NCBI GenBank assembly: GCA_964469955.1
Contig: CAYXZK010000021.1
Location: 1-51,809, forward strand
From: an uncultured Candidatus Saccharibacteria bacterium
Lineage (GTDB): Bacteria > Patescibacteriota > Minisyncoccia > Minisyncoccales > GWA2-38-27
Direction of reading: 5' to 3'
DNA length: 51,809 nucleotides
Shown: piece by piece, positions 24,213 through 33,510 of the stretch
Position numbering within the stretch: position 1 is the stretch's first letter
Layout of the letters: each line of letters starts with the position of its first letter
The notes under the pieces: model-generated
Database searches by the model: none
What the model saw: the letters and a program-made list of their open reading frames with translations, nothing else
What the model was told of the DNA's origin: nothing
Made by a program: the position numbers and the translations under genes

Positions 24213-25106
24213 TTAAACCTTCATTCCTCTTAAAGCTCTTATTCGTTCTTCTACTGGAGGATGAGTCATAAACAATTTAGAAATTTTTTTACCTTTAAAG
24301 GGATTGGAAATATAAAGATGCGCCGTTGCTTTGTTAGCTATTTTAAGAGGAGTTTTATCTTGAGATATTTTTTCTAAAGCTCTTGCCAAACCCTCTGGAT
24401 AACGAGTTAAAAGAGCTCCGCTCGCGTCAGCTAAAAATTCTCTCTTGCGCGAAATAGACATCTGGATTAAAGCGCCTATCAGGGGAGATAAAATAGCCAA
24501 AGCAATTCCAATTATTAACATTATTAGCCCCAACTTCCCGTCATTGCGACTATTTCTGCTCCTACCCCCCCAAAAGCTAAAACGCAAAAACCAATCTGAT
24601 ATTAAGGCTACAAGACCAACCAAAACGACTACGACGGTCTGCAAAAGGATATCACGATTACCAATATGGCTTAATTCGTGGGCTAAAACGCCTTCTATCT
24701 CGGAACGGTCTAATTTTTCTAAAAGCCCTCTCGTGACAGCGACAACTGCGTGTTCTGGATCACGACCGGTAGCAAAAGCATTGGGAGACATTTCGTTAAT
24801 AATATAGATTCTAGGTAAAGGTAAACCAGCTGTAATGCAAAGATTTTCAACCAATCTATAAAGTTCTAAATTGTCCGCCTTATTAATTTCTTTGGCTTGA
24901 CTCATTCTTAGAACAATTTTATCTGAATACCAGTAAGAGGTAAAACTCATCAAAGAGCTAAAAATAACAGCAATAATTAGAATAATTGGACTGTTAAATT
25001 GATAGGAAAAAACCCAACCCAATCCAATAATAAAAAGTAAAAAAAAGCTTATCAAAAGCCAAGTTTTCCTGATATTTTGATCTTTGTGAGTATAGAGAGT
25101 CGCCAT
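24213..25106 (-). CDS. htpX: Zinc metalloprotease HtpX (M48)
   Basis: HELSHI (HExxH), four TM segments, and a C-terminal THPPVEERI motif. Confidence 0.9.
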   Translation of the reverse strand: MATLYTHKDQNIRKTWLLISFFLLFIIGLGWVFSYQFNSPIILIIAVIFSSLMSFTSYWYSDKIVLRMSQAKEINKADNLELYRLVENLCITAGLPLPRIYIINEMSPNAFATGRDPEHAVVAVTRGLLEKLDRSEIEGVLAHELSHIGNRDILLQTVVVVLVGLVALISDWFLRFSFWGGRSRNSRNDGKLGLIMLIIGIALAILSPLIGALIQMSISRKREFLADASGALLTRYPEGLARALEKISQDKTPLKIANKATAHLYISNPFKGKKISKLFMTHPPVEERIRALRGMKV

Positions 25107-25115
25107 TAAAATTCC

Positions 25116-25673
25116 CTAAAAATTAACTTCAACTGGTTCACGTTCAACTTGTTCTTGAATTTCAAAAAAATCTTTTTTCTTAAAACCAAGCATGCTTGCC
25201 ACTAAGTTTTCGGGGAATTTCTCAATTTTAATATTGAAATCTCTAACGTTTCCGTTATAGAAACGACGCGCTGCTTGAATTTTATTTTCAGTATCACTTA
25301 GTTCTCTTTGCAATTCCAAAAAATTTTGATTCGCTTTTAAGTCAGGATAGTTTTCCGCTACGGCAAACAATGATTTTAAGGCACCCGTCAAAACATTTTC
25401 AGTTTGAGCTTTTTCTGTGGCGTTTTGAGCTCCCATTGCGGCAGTACGAGCTTGAGTTACTTTTTCAAAAAGCTCCCTTTCGTGCTGAGCATAACCTTTA
25501 ACAGTTTCAATTAAATTCGGGATTAAATCATAACGCCTTTTCAATTGAACATCTATGTCTGACCAAGCTTCATTGGTTCTGTTTTTTAATTTAATTAAGC
25601 CGTTGTAAATAGCTATCATCCAAAACACAACAACAGCTATTAGCGCAACGACAATCCATAAAATTAGACTCAT
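25116..25673 (-). CDS. lemA: LemA family protein
   Basis: N-terminal TM helix, then YNGLIKLKNRTNEAWSDIDVQLKRRYDLIPNL, a typical LemA N-terminus. Adjacent to htpX. Confidence 0.85.
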   Translation of the reverse strand: MSLILWIVVALIAVVVFWMIAIYNGLIKLKNRTNEAWSDIDVQLKRRYDLIPNLIETVKGYAQHERELFEKVTQARTAAMGAQNATEKAQTENVLTGALKSLFAVAENYPDLKANQNFLELQRELSDTENKIQAARRFYNGNVRDFNIKIEKFPENLVASMLGFKKKDFFEIQEQVEREPVEVNF

Positions 25674-25768
25674 TTTTTAATAACCCTTATCTCCTGCTGA
25701 AATTTTTACCAGACAAGGCAAGTAAAAATTTGAACAAGAAATTCAGGCAAGGTTAGTTAGTGTTTATA

Positions 25769-25987
25769 TTATAATATTTCTATTGTTTTACGGCAAGAAG
25801 TGAAACCGGATATAATTCTAATCCCTGATTGAGGTTTTTCAAAATAATCAGCCAATGCTTTAATTATGGCTCTGTTTGCCATTCCTTTAATGGGTGGCTC
25901 TTTAACCAAAACTATAAAATGATTTTTATTAATTTTCTGAATACCCGGCTTTTTAGCATTCGGCTTAGCTTGAACAAAAATTTCCAT
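25769..25987 (-). CDS. DUF167/YggU-like small protein
   Basis: 72 aa with the pattern AKPNAKK...VKEPPIKGMANRAIIKALADYF...I.SG.TSCRKTIEI. Confidence 0.65.
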   Translation of the reverse strand: MEIFVQAKPNAKKPGIQKINKNHFIVLVKEPPIKGMANRAIIKALADYFEKPQSGIRIISGFTSCRKTIEIL

Positions 25988-26000
25988 AACTCTATCTTTC

Positions 26001-26645
26001 TTAGTCTTTTACGATCTTGATATTTTCAATAATAACACTTTCAACCGGACGGTCAGGGCCTTCAGTCGCCACATTTTCAATAACTCTGACAACCTCCATT
26101 CCTTCTATCACTTTGCCAAAAACAGTGTGTTTTGTGTCTAAAAAATTATTGTCATTCGTGTTAATAAAAAACTGGCTACCATTGGTATTTGGACCCGCGT
26201 TAGCCATAGCGATTGTGCCAATTATGTTTCTGTTATTAGAATGAATTTCATCTTCAAATACATAGTCTGGTCCACCTGTTCCCCACTTATCTTTTAAAGA
26301 ATCATCTTTACTCAAAGGATCTCCTGCTTGAATCATAAAACCTTTAATAACTCTATGAAACTTTACGCCAGTGTAAAATTCAGTTTCGGTCAACTTTACG
26401 AAATTTTCAACTGTCTTAGGAGCATCAGATTCAAAAAGTTCTATTTTAATTTCACCGAAATTTGTTTGCATTGTCGCGCTTATGTTGTTGTTAGGTAAAA
26501 TTATCTTATCGTTATTTTTTTCTTCCATGTTTTGTTTATCAATAGGTTGTTCTTTCTGTTCTTTTTGAAAAATAAGGAAATAACCACCTAAAATTAAAGC
26601 TATTAATACGACTAAAACTATTAAGAGAATATATGTTTTTTCCAT
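26001..26645 (-). CDS. Membrane-anchored cyclophilin-type peptidyl-prolyl isomerase
   Basis: N-terminal TM helix, then the cyclophilin motifs FHRVIKGFMIQAGDP and GTIAMANAGPNTNGSQFFI. Confidence 0.9.
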   Translation of the reverse strand: MEKTYILLIVLVVLIALILGGYFLIFQKEQKEQPIDKQNMEEKNNDKIILPNNNISATMQTNFGEIKIELFESDAPKTVENFVKLTETEFYTGVKFHRVIKGFMIQAGDPLSKDDSLKDKWGTGGPDYVFEDEIHSNNRNIIGTIAMANAGPNTNGSQFFINTNDNNFLDTKHTVFGKVIEGMEVVRVIENVATEGPDRPVESVIIENIKIVKD

Positions 26646-26676
26646 ATATTTTTATTATTTTATACCTTTTATATTA

Positions 26677-26705
26677 TTGACAAAAAATCGTTATTAAAAT
26701 ACAGT
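26677..26705 (+). promoter_or_regulatory. Sigma70-like promoter for the plus-strand 2-gene islet
   Basis: TTGACA (26677-26682), a 17-nt spacer, then TACAGT. Followed by SD AAGGAGGG and a GTG start at 26749. Confidence 0.5.
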
Positions 26706-26748
26706 ATAACACAGACAGCTTAACAATCAAACAAAAAGGAGGGAACCT

Positions 26749-27000
26749 GTGTTAAACATTATTCAATACTTAGCAGCAACCCTTGGAATGGCTGGAAGCC
26801 TTTTAGTCGCTCTAAAAAAAAGAAGCGGGTTTATGTGTTGGATAGTTGGAAATATTCTTTGGGTTATTTTTGGCTTCTTAATCCAAAAATGGGGAATTGT
26901 AGTTCAATTTATAGCCTTTGAAATAATAGCTATTTATGGTTATCATAATTGGAAAGGAGGCGAGATGAATGAAAAAAATAGAAGAAATAAAAAAATATGA
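26749..27000 (+). CDS. Small 3-TM membrane protein, PnuC-like half-size unit (alternatively holin-like)
   Basis: 83 aa with three hydrophobic helices. The pattern ALKKRSGFMCWIVGNILWVIFGF...VVQFIAFEIIAIYGYHNW resembles the PnuC N-terminal triple-helix repeat. Charged C-terminal tail and strong SD. Confidence 0.5.
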   Translation: MLNIIQYLAATLGMAGSLLVALKKRSGFMCWIVGNILWVIFGFLIQKWGIVVQFIAFEIIAIYGYHNWKGGEMNEKNRRNKKI

Positions 27001-27340
27001 TACACTTGAAAGGCGTATGAAAAAAGAGTTTATACTGGATTCAAAAAAAATATTTGATATCAATAATCTCGACAGAAAAATGAAAGAATTGATAAAAGAT
27101 TTAAAAGAAGTCAACTGGGATAACGTGGAGCATTTTGAAATAGGACCAAGTAAGGATATTTCTGATTCAGAAATTGACAAGCTGATTGAAAAGCACTACT
27201 CGCAAAAAGGATACCATGTCTCTCCTGAAAGAACAGGAATATTTATTGCCGAAAAAGAAAAAGATAGCTTACTTATAAATATTTCTAATCTCGGCAATAG
27301 AATTTCGGCAAACGTTGCAATCCTTTTTCCGGTTGCATAA
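26969..27340 (+). CDS. Hypothetical protein (123 aa)
   Basis: Overlaps the preceding ORF by 32 nt. SD is GGAAAGGAGGCGAGATGA-ATG. Followed by a terminator. No family recognised. Confidence 0.55.
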   Translation: MKKIEEIKKYDTLERRMKKEFILDSKKIFDINNLDRKMKELIKDLKEVNWDNVEHFEIGPSKDISDSEIDKLIEKHYSQKGYHVSPERTGIFIAEKEKDSLLINISNLGNRISANVAILFPVA

Positions 27341-27359
27341 TCTAATTTAACAATCAACG

Positions 27360-27383
27360 GCCTGCAATTTGAATTTTGCAGGC
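27360..27383 (+). terminator. Intrinsic terminator for the plus-strand islet (between convergent genes)
   Basis: GCCTGCAA/TTGCAGGC form an 8-bp stem, followed by TTTTTATTTT. Confidence 0.8.
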
Positions 27384-27386
27384 TTT

Positions 27387-28382
27387 TTATTTTCTTCTTT
27401 CCAAGAATTTTATAAAATATTCTTTTGGTTTAGAATATTTCTCTTTTTGTTTTAAGAATTCAATATTTGTTTCTGACACTCTTTTTAAATTTTTTCCATC
27501 TAAAAACAAAGGGTCAACTACCCGTGATTTAACTAAAACTTTTAAGTCGTAATCGTCTTGATTGCTGCTTTTATATTCAAATTTATTGTTAGCTCTGTCT
27601 ACTAGAAATTTTAAATTACTATCTTTTTCTGTTTCGGGTAATATTTTCGCCCAAACTTGTTTGTCAGTAGTAAACAAATCACTTTTATTTATTATGCCTT
27701 TTTCTATGGCATATTTAACCAAATCACTTGTTGTTTTAAACATCACGCCTGTTTCTAATCCTGACCAAAACCAATTATTTATCTTTAAAAATAAATAAGC
27801 GTATCTTTGAGCTATGTTTTTCTTTCTAAACACCCAAAAATTATTAATAATTATGAAATTATTTATTAAGCTATTAATCTCTTCCTGACTTGTTTTATTG
27901 GTTGCGTCTAACTCTCTTAGAAAATAGTCAATTCTGTCCGCGCATAAATCAGGCAGTTCTTTTTCTTTTAGTGGAAATTTTGAATCATCTATGACATCTC
28001 TATAATCAATATTATGTTTCTTAAGGATAGTTGGAATTTCCGACTTTTCAATAAATTCTTCCAAGCAATCGTCTTGAAAAGTATGTTTGGTTTCAGAGCC
28101 ATTGTGAAAAATGTAATCAGCAACATGAGAAAACGCAGTATGTGAGACATCGTGGAGCAAACCCGCGATTTGTTCCAGTAAAGGCGCTTTGAATTTTTTA
28201 AGTAATATAAACACCCCAACAGAATGTTCAAATCTGCTAAAAGCTGTTCCTGGAAAATATGGTTCGAAATAGCCATGCTGATCTATACCTTTCATTCTTT
28301 GCAAGCTTGGACATTTTATCAAATCTAAAATAATTGGCTCGTTTATTTCAGTCTCTCCATAAATTTTATCTTTGTATTTCAT
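27387..28382 (-). CDS. HD-domain metal-dependent phosphohydrolase (COG1078/SAMHD1-like class)
   Basis: FSRFEHSVGV and LLHDVSHTAFSH (H...HD motif), plus a later DRIDY motif. Confidence 0.8.
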   Translation of the reverse strand: MKYKDKIYGETEINEPIILDLIKCPSLQRMKGIDQHGYFEPYFPGTAFSRFEHSVGVFILLKKFKAPLLEQIAGLLHDVSHTAFSHVADYIFHNGSETKHTFQDDCLEEFIEKSEIPTILKKHNIDYRDVIDDSKFPLKEKELPDLCADRIDYFLRELDATNKTSQEEINSLINNFIIINNFWVFRKKNIAQRYAYLFLKINNWFWSGLETGVMFKTTSDLVKYAIEKGIINKSDLFTTDKQVWAKILPETEKDSNLKFLVDRANNKFEYKSSNQDDYDLKVLVKSRVVDPLFLDGKNLKRVSETNIEFLKQKEKYSKPKEYFIKFLERRK

Positions 28383-28390
28383 TTCTCGTT

Positions 28391-28420
28391 ATTTTATAAA
28401 AAAAATATTATTTTTGTCAA
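28391..28420 (-). promoter_or_regulatory. Sigma70-like promoter for the HD gene; near-leaderless
   Basis: Minus strand TTGACA (28420-28415), then 16 nt to TATAAA or 18 nt to TAAAAT. The -10 ends 8-10 nt before the ATG at 28382. Confidence 0.55.
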
Positions 28421-28455
28421 TTTAACCTTGGACAGATAGGCTTTTCTTCAAGGGG

Positions 28456-28485
28456 TTGACAAACAGGTTTAAATTAAGGTAAAAT
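28456..28485 (+). promoter_or_regulatory. Sigma70-like promoter for rnpB
   Basis: TTGACA (28456-28461), an 18-nt spacer, then TAAAAT (28480-28485). Divergent from the HD promoter. Confidence 0.6.
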
Positions 28486-28492
28486 ATAATCG

Positions 28493-28900
28493 TCCTAGTA
28501 AAATAAGTGATTACTCTATATTCCATTTTATGGATTATGGAGAGGAAAGTCCGAACACTCACTCCTTGTTTTTTAACAAGGGTTAAAAAGGTAGAGGGTA
28601 ATACCCTTCAGTCGCGAGACTAGAGGTGCGAACAGAGACGCAATAGATCGAAAGATCTAAAACCCTTTATATATTTTAGACTTGTTTCTGTGTTTTTTAA
28701 AAAATACGGAATTTTAAGATATGTACAGGGTCAGTCCTGCAGCAATGCAGGGGTGAAACGGCTAAATCCTTATCAGGGTGCAAGAACAAAGCAAAATTTT
28801 AGGAATACGACTTAAATTTTTGCAAAAGTAGTTCGCTTAGATAGATAATCACTCCAACTAATTTTGGTTGGACAAAATTCGGCTTATAGTTTTACTAGGA
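28493..28900 (+). ncRNA. rnpB: RNase P RNA, bacterial type A
   Basis: P1 pairing is TCCTAGTAAAA with TTTTACTAGGA. Universal blocks present: GGAGAGGAAAGTCCGAACAC (P4 5' side), GTGCGAACAGAGACGCAA, GGGTGAAACGGC, TTAGATAGATAATCACTCC, and ACAAAATTCGGCTTATAG (P4 3' side). Confidence 0.9.
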
Positions 28901-28907
28901 CAAAAAA

Positions 28908-28932
28908 AGAGCTTGCCGTTACGGTAAACTCT
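28908..28932. terminator. Bidirectional intrinsic terminator between convergent rnpB and rnhA
   Basis: AGAGcTTGCCG-tta-CGGTAAaCTCT hairpin, flanked by A7 on the left and T7 on the right. Confidence 0.75.
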
Positions 28933-28967
28933 TTTTTTGTTGGTTAAAATCTATTATAAGAATTAAA

Positions 28968-29411
28968 TTAAAAAAGCTTTTGAGAGCTTTTCTCGGCGTC
29001 AAGAGCTTGATTAACCAAACTGTCTGCTTCTTTGTTCCTTTCGCGCGGAATTGATTTGAATTTTAAAATTCCAAAATCAAATTTTAAATTCCAGACCTCT
29101 AAAAACAATGGTTGAATTTTTGAATCCAGAACTTTATATTTGCCATTTAGTTGTTTTACTAAAAATTCAGAATCAGACCTTAATTCTATTTCCGACTTTT
29201 TTGCTAATTCTTTGCCAAAAGTCTTTTTAAATTTTTTCAAAGCGATAATCACAGCCGAATACTCTGCCTGGTTATTTGTTAAATTATCTCCCAAATATTC
29301 AAAATATTTTTTAATAATTTGATCCTTTTCGTTGCAAAAAACAACGCCGGCTGCCGCAGAGCCCGGATTTCCACGCGAACCACCATCTGTATAGATAATT
29401 ATTTTTTTCAT
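28968..29411 (-). CDS. rnhA: Ribonuclease HI
   Basis: IYTDGGSRGNPG, NNQAEY, SDSEFLV and NKEADSLV carry the RNase H DEDD residues. Confidence 0.85.
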   Translation of the reverse strand: MKKIIIYTDGGSRGNPGSAAAGVVFCNEKDQIIKKYFEYLGDNLTNNQAEYSAVIIALKKFKKTFGKELAKKSEIELRSDSEFLVKQLNGKYKVLDSKIQPLFLEVWNLKFDFGILKFKSIPRERNKEADSLVNQALDAEKSSQKLF

Positions 29412-29423
29412 AATATTTTGTCT

Positions 29424-30563
29424 TTAGTTAAAGTAATTATTAAGACATTTTTTGAATTCTTCAAGGTGCTTATTTTCTACACTAAAACCAGCCGCAACAG
29501 GATGGCCTCCAAAAGTAATAAGATTTTCTGAGCAATTCTTCATTGCGTCAACAACGTTAAGGTCGTGCGGAGATCTGACTCCGCCCTTACTCTCTGTCTT
29601 GCCTTTCTTAAATAAAAAAACAGGCTTTCTTTCTTCTCTTACGATTATTGAAGCGACAATTCCAAGTAAAATTAAATCCCAATTCGGATCACCTTCAAAA
29701 ACAATAGGATCAAAAGGCTTCGCGGTTATCCTAATCCTAACTTCTTCTATTATCTCGCCTATTCTTTTTCTTTTTTTAATATTTTCTTGAACTAATTCAT
29801 TCGTTAATTTTTCCGCTTCTTTTAAGTTTGAACAAGTTAAAAGACGATAAGGAACAGGTAGGTTATTTTTAAAATCTCGAATATTCAAAAGAGAATTAAG
29901 CTTGCAAACGCGTTCAAATAAAGGTAAAGATTTAAAATTTTCTAAATTAAACAAAGCTTGAATCCCAGGACGCCAACTTGTTTCAAGATATCCTAACCCT
30001 TTTTCAACCATTTTTTTGTTTTCGTCTATCAGCGGCATCATATCGGCAATAGTTGCCATCGCGGTTAATTCTAAAAAATTTCTTTTGAGACTTTCAGACA
30101 TTTTATCTTTTAAAAGAATTTTTGCCAATCTATAAATAATACCTGCGTTGGCAAAAACTTTGAAAGGATAATCGTCTCCTTTTTGTTTAGGGTCTACAAT
30201 AATTGAAGCCGCGGGAAGTTTTTCTAATACTTCGTGGTGATCAATAACTATAATTTCAAACCCAAGCTTATTAGCTTCTTCTATTTCTTTAAAATTTGAT
30301 ATTCCGCAATCCATAGATATAAATAGAGCGGGAGCATATTTTTTTAAATCGTTCAAAGCTTTTAAACTAATACCATAACCATCTTCTCTGTCGGGAAAAG
30401 AAACCGCCTCAACCTCTCCTGTCAAATTTTCTATAGTTTCTTTTAAAATAATAACAGAAGAAGCTCCATCTAAATCAGAATCTCCAAAAAGAACTATTTT
30501 TTCTTTGGATTCTATCGCTTTTAAGATTCTATTCGCTGTTTTTTTTAAGTTTTTAATTTCCAT
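29424..30563 (-). CDS. DHH/DHHA1 phosphoesterase (RecJ/NrnA-like)
   Basis: GDSDLDGASS, VIDHHEV (DHH) and FGGHPVAAGF (DHHA1). The start was chosen at ATG 30563 (MEIKNLK), 2 nt after the pgk stop. The track ORF extends to 30617 inside pgk. Confidence 0.8.
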   Translation of the reverse strand: MEIKNLKKTANRILKAIESKEKIVLFGDSDLDGASSVIILKETIENLTGEVEAVSFPDREDGYGISLKALNDLKKYAPALFISMDCGISNFKEIEEANKLGFEIIVIDHHEVLEKLPAASIIVDPKQKGDDYPFKVFANAGIIYRLAKILLKDKMSESLKRNFLELTAMATIADMMPLIDENKKMVEKGLGYLETSWRPGIQALFNLENFKSLPLFERVCKLNSLLNIRDFKNNLPVPYRLLTCSNLKEAEKLTNELVQENIKKRKRIGEIIEEVRIRITAKPFDPIVFEGDPNWDLILLGIVASIIVREERKPVFLFKKGKTESKGGVRSPHDLNVVDAMKNCSENLITFGGHPVAAGFSVENKHLEEFKKCLNNYFN

Positions 30564-30565
30564 AA

Positions 30566-31846
30566 TTATTTTAACGATTTTTCTAAAGCCTTTATCCCGG
30601 GTAATTTTTCTTCGCACAGAAATTTTAGCATTGCTCCGCCACCGGTTGAAACATAATCAAATTTATTTTTAAATCCGAATTTATAGAGAGCAAAAACGGT
30701 CTGTCCGCCACCCGCAATTTTAAATGCTTTAGAGTTTTTAACAATTTCTTGAGCAATATTTTTAGTGCCATTTCCAAATAAAGAATTTTCAAAAAAACCC
30801 AAGGGACCTGCCCAAACAATTGTTTTGGCTTCTTTGATTATATCTGAGAATATTTTAATAGTCTCATTTCCTATATCTAAAACCAATTCATCCTTTTTAA
30901 CTTTCCCTAGCGCTGTTTCTCTAACATACTTGTCGCCTATTTTGTTAGGAGACACTATCGCGTCTATTGGAAGGTGCAGTTTAGTTGAGGTTAAGTTAAT
31001 TTTATTAATCTTATTCATTATTTTTGGGGAAAGATAAGGCTTTTTAACACAAATTCCTTGCGCAGACAGAATAGCGTTAGCTATTTTTCCGCCTATAAGC
31101 AAGTGGTCGGCTTTATTTAAAAATTTTCCAACAAAAACGCCTTTATTAGAAATTTTAGATCCTCCAATAATTACAATTAAAGGCCTTTTTAAAGAATCTT
31201 TTTTTAAGATATTTGAAAAGACTTTGATTTCTTTTTCAAACAGCAAGCCAGCACAAGCAGGTAAAAAAAGAGGAACTCCAATTATTGAGGCATGTCGCCT
31301 ATGCGAAACTCCAAAAGCGTCATTAACATAAATTTCAGCCAGCTTGGATAATTTTTTAGCAAAAACATTCTCGTTCTTTTCCTCTCCTTTGTAAAATCTT
31401 AAATTTTCTAAAAATAAAATTTCGCCTGTTTTCATTTTCGCGGATTCTCTCTCAATTTCTTTGCCAAGGCAATCATTTAAAAACTTTATCCCCTTAAATT
31501 TAATTGTTTTGTTTCGGATAAGTTTTGCGGAATTGAATTCTTTTTCCAATAATTCTTTTAATTTTAAATAAACAGGCTTTAGGCTAAGATTTTTTATTTT
31601 TTCCTCAAAATTGGCTTTTGAAAACTTTGAAGCATTATTTTGATCTATTAATTTTTGAGGATTGCCCAAATGACTAATTAAAATAATTTTATTTTCGTTT
31701 TCCAGCAAATATTTAATGGTGGGGATGGTCTGTTCGATCCTAAAACTATTTGTAACCTTTTGCCTGTTATCCAAAGGAGAATTAAGGTCGCACCTAACCA
31801 AAACTCTTTTGTTTTTAGGATTGATTTCTTTAAGAGTTTTAAACAT
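30566..31846 (-). CDS. pgk: Phosphoglycerate kinase
   Basis: 426 aa. N-terminal KRVLVRCDLNSP, SHLGNP, and C-terminal STGGGAMLKFL. Confidence 0.95.
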   Translation of the reverse strand: MFKTLKEINPKNKRVLVRCDLNSPLDNRQKVTNSFRIEQTIPTIKYLLENENKIILISHLGNPQKLIDQNNASKFSKANFEEKIKNLSLKPVYLKLKELLEKEFNSAKLIRNKTIKFKGIKFLNDCLGKEIERESAKMKTGEILFLENLRFYKGEEKNENVFAKKLSKLAEIYVNDAFGVSHRRHASIIGVPLFLPACAGLLFEKEIKVFSNILKKDSLKRPLIVIIGGSKISNKGVFVGKFLNKADHLLIGGKIANAILSAQGICVKKPYLSPKIMNKINKINLTSTKLHLPIDAIVSPNKIGDKYVRETALGKVKKDELVLDIGNETIKIFSDIIKEAKTIVWAGPLGFFENSLFGNGTKNIAQEIVKNSKAFKIAGGGQTVFALYKFGFKNKFDYVSTGGGAMLKFLCEEKLPGIKALEKSLK

Positions 31847-33473
31847 CTTCTTCTTGCTTAAATTTATTTAATGTTTCTTGCAAAGTTTCTTTTAATCCTT
31901 CTAAATCCACTGGTTTTCTTTTTTTTACTCTTGCTTTAGAAATAGCGTTTGATTCCCTAAAGGAAATCGGCTCCCTTTGGATTGCTTCTTCTAAGGAAAT
32001 TGATTCTTGGTTTTCTTTAACAGAATCTCTTTTGTCTGCTTCTTGCGTTGTTCTGCTTTTCTTCAAACAAGCTTTACAATAAACCGGTCTTTTGCCGTCA
32101 GGCAAAAATACTGTCTTTGTCGGTTTTCCGCAGACAGAACAAACAGCATCGTATAAAACAGGAGTTTTTTTGGTTTCAATTTTTGAATTTTCTTGTTCTG
32201 AAAAACCAGTCCATTTTATAATTTTTTCTTCTACTTTTTCGCGCAAAGTGGCATATCTTTCTCGAGAAGCTTTTATGATTTTTTCTCTATTTGAACCTTC
32301 AAGCAAATCAGGAAAAGGATTTAAAGTGTGAGCCGAAAAAGGTCTTCCGGCAATTCCATCAATCATTAGTTTTAAATAAATATCGTATTTCGCCAAGTTA
32401 ACAAGATCGGTTGCCATAAATTGAGGAAAAAATTCTTTTTCTAAGAATTCAGCGTCATCTGCTCCAACTCTAAACGAAACCAAGGTACCAACATTTCCAA
32501 ACACAGCGTCTCTAACCTGATCTTCCATTTGAGAAATATATTGATGGGCCAAAATTAAATCTAATCTGTATTTTCTTGCTTCAGACAAAATGTTCGCAAA
32601 AGATTCTGTGGCAAAATTTTGAAACTCATCAACATATAGAAAAAAATCTTGCCTGTCTTCCTCAAGAATATCAACTCTTGACATGGCCGCCAGTTGTATT
32701 TTGGTAATTAAAAGAGCTCCTAATAACATTGAATTGTCTTCTCCAATTCGTCCTTTTGATAAGTTTAAAATCAAAATCTTTTTTTCGTCCATTATATCTC
32801 TCATATTAATGGTAGATTTTACTTGTCCTATAATGTTTCGTATTAATGGAGCTGATACAAATTGGCCAACTTTGTTCTGGATAGCGGCGGTTGCTTCAGT
32901 TTCATATCTTTGATTGTAATTAGCAAACTCATTAACCCAGAAAGATTTAATAACCGGATCTGTGACTTTTTCCACTATCTGTTTGCGAAACTCCGCGTCT
33001 GAAAGCATTCGGTTCACCCCTAAAAGAGTAGAACCTGGATATTCTAAAAGAGCCAAAATAGTATTATTTAAAATATATTCCATCCGCGCTGACCAGACAT
33101 CAGGCCATATTTTTTTAAAAACTCCCATTAAACCACCGGCAACAAGATGGCGATGTTCCAGTTTAACTTTTTCCATAACATTAAAAGCGATCGGATAGTT
33201 TAAATCAGCTGGATTAAAATAAACAACATCATTGACCCTGTCTGATGGTATAAAATTCAACAATGCTTCTGCAACTTCTCCATGCGGATCAACAAAGCCA
33301 ACTCCTTTGCCTGCTTGGATATCCTGAATAGCCATGTTTTGAAGCATTGCCGTTTTACCCATACCTGTTTTTCCAACAACGTAAAAATGCCGACGTCTAT
33401 CGTCGATTTTAATGCCAAATTTTTTTAAATCGTTTCTATAGGTTGTTTCTGCAAAAAAGTTTATTTCACTCAT
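31839..33473 (-). CDS. VirD4/TraD/TraG-like (type IV coupling protein family) P-loop ATPase, soluble, with C-terminal CxxC-x17-CxxC zinc ribbon
   Basis: Walker A (VVGKTGMGKT), Walker B-like (FFLYVDEFQNFAT), and LAHQYISQ. No N-terminal TM. C-terminal CSVCGKPTKTVFLPDGKRPVYCKACLKK. The stop overlaps the pgk start (ATGTTTAA). Confidence 0.7.
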   Translation of the reverse strand: MSEINFFAETTYRNDLKKFGIKIDDRRRHFYVVGKTGMGKTAMLQNMAIQDIQAGKGVGFVDPHGEVAEALLNFIPSDRVNDVVYFNPADLNYPIAFNVMEKVKLEHRHLVAGGLMGVFKKIWPDVWSARMEYILNNTILALLEYPGSTLLGVNRMLSDAEFRKQIVEKVTDPVIKSFWVNEFANYNQRYETEATAAIQNKVGQFVSAPLIRNIIGQVKSTINMRDIMDEKKILILNLSKGRIGEDNSMLLGALLITKIQLAAMSRVDILEEDRQDFFLYVDEFQNFATESFANILSEARKYRLDLILAHQYISQMEDQVRDAVFGNVGTLVSFRVGADDAEFLEKEFFPQFMATDLVNLAKYDIYLKLMIDGIAGRPFSAHTLNPFPDLLEGSNREKIIKASRERYATLREKVEEKIIKWTGFSEQENSKIETKKTPVLYDAVCSVCGKPTKTVFLPDGKRPVYCKACLKKSRTTQEADKRDSVKENQESISLEEAIQREPISFRESNAISKARVKKRKPVDLEGLKETLQETLNKFKQEEDV

Positions 33474-33510
33474 AACCTAAAAATTTACTGTTATGTTGTT
33501 TTTCTCAAAA

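Noticed and set aside
27989-28276. Same-strand alternative-frame ORFs inside the HD gene (27989..28276) and inside pgk (30625..30819), plus the antisense ORF 26878..27180.
   Set aside because: They are nested in longer ORFs with clear family motifs. They have no independent initiation signals or recognisable domains.
29424-30617. The track's longer version of the DHH/RecJ-like ORF, starting at 30617 and overlapping pgk by 52 nt.
   Set aside because: The extension (MRRKITRDKGFRKIVKII) lies inside the conserved pgk C-terminus. The ATG at 30563 starts 2 nt after the pgk stop and gives a typical N-terminus, so the shorter model is preferred.
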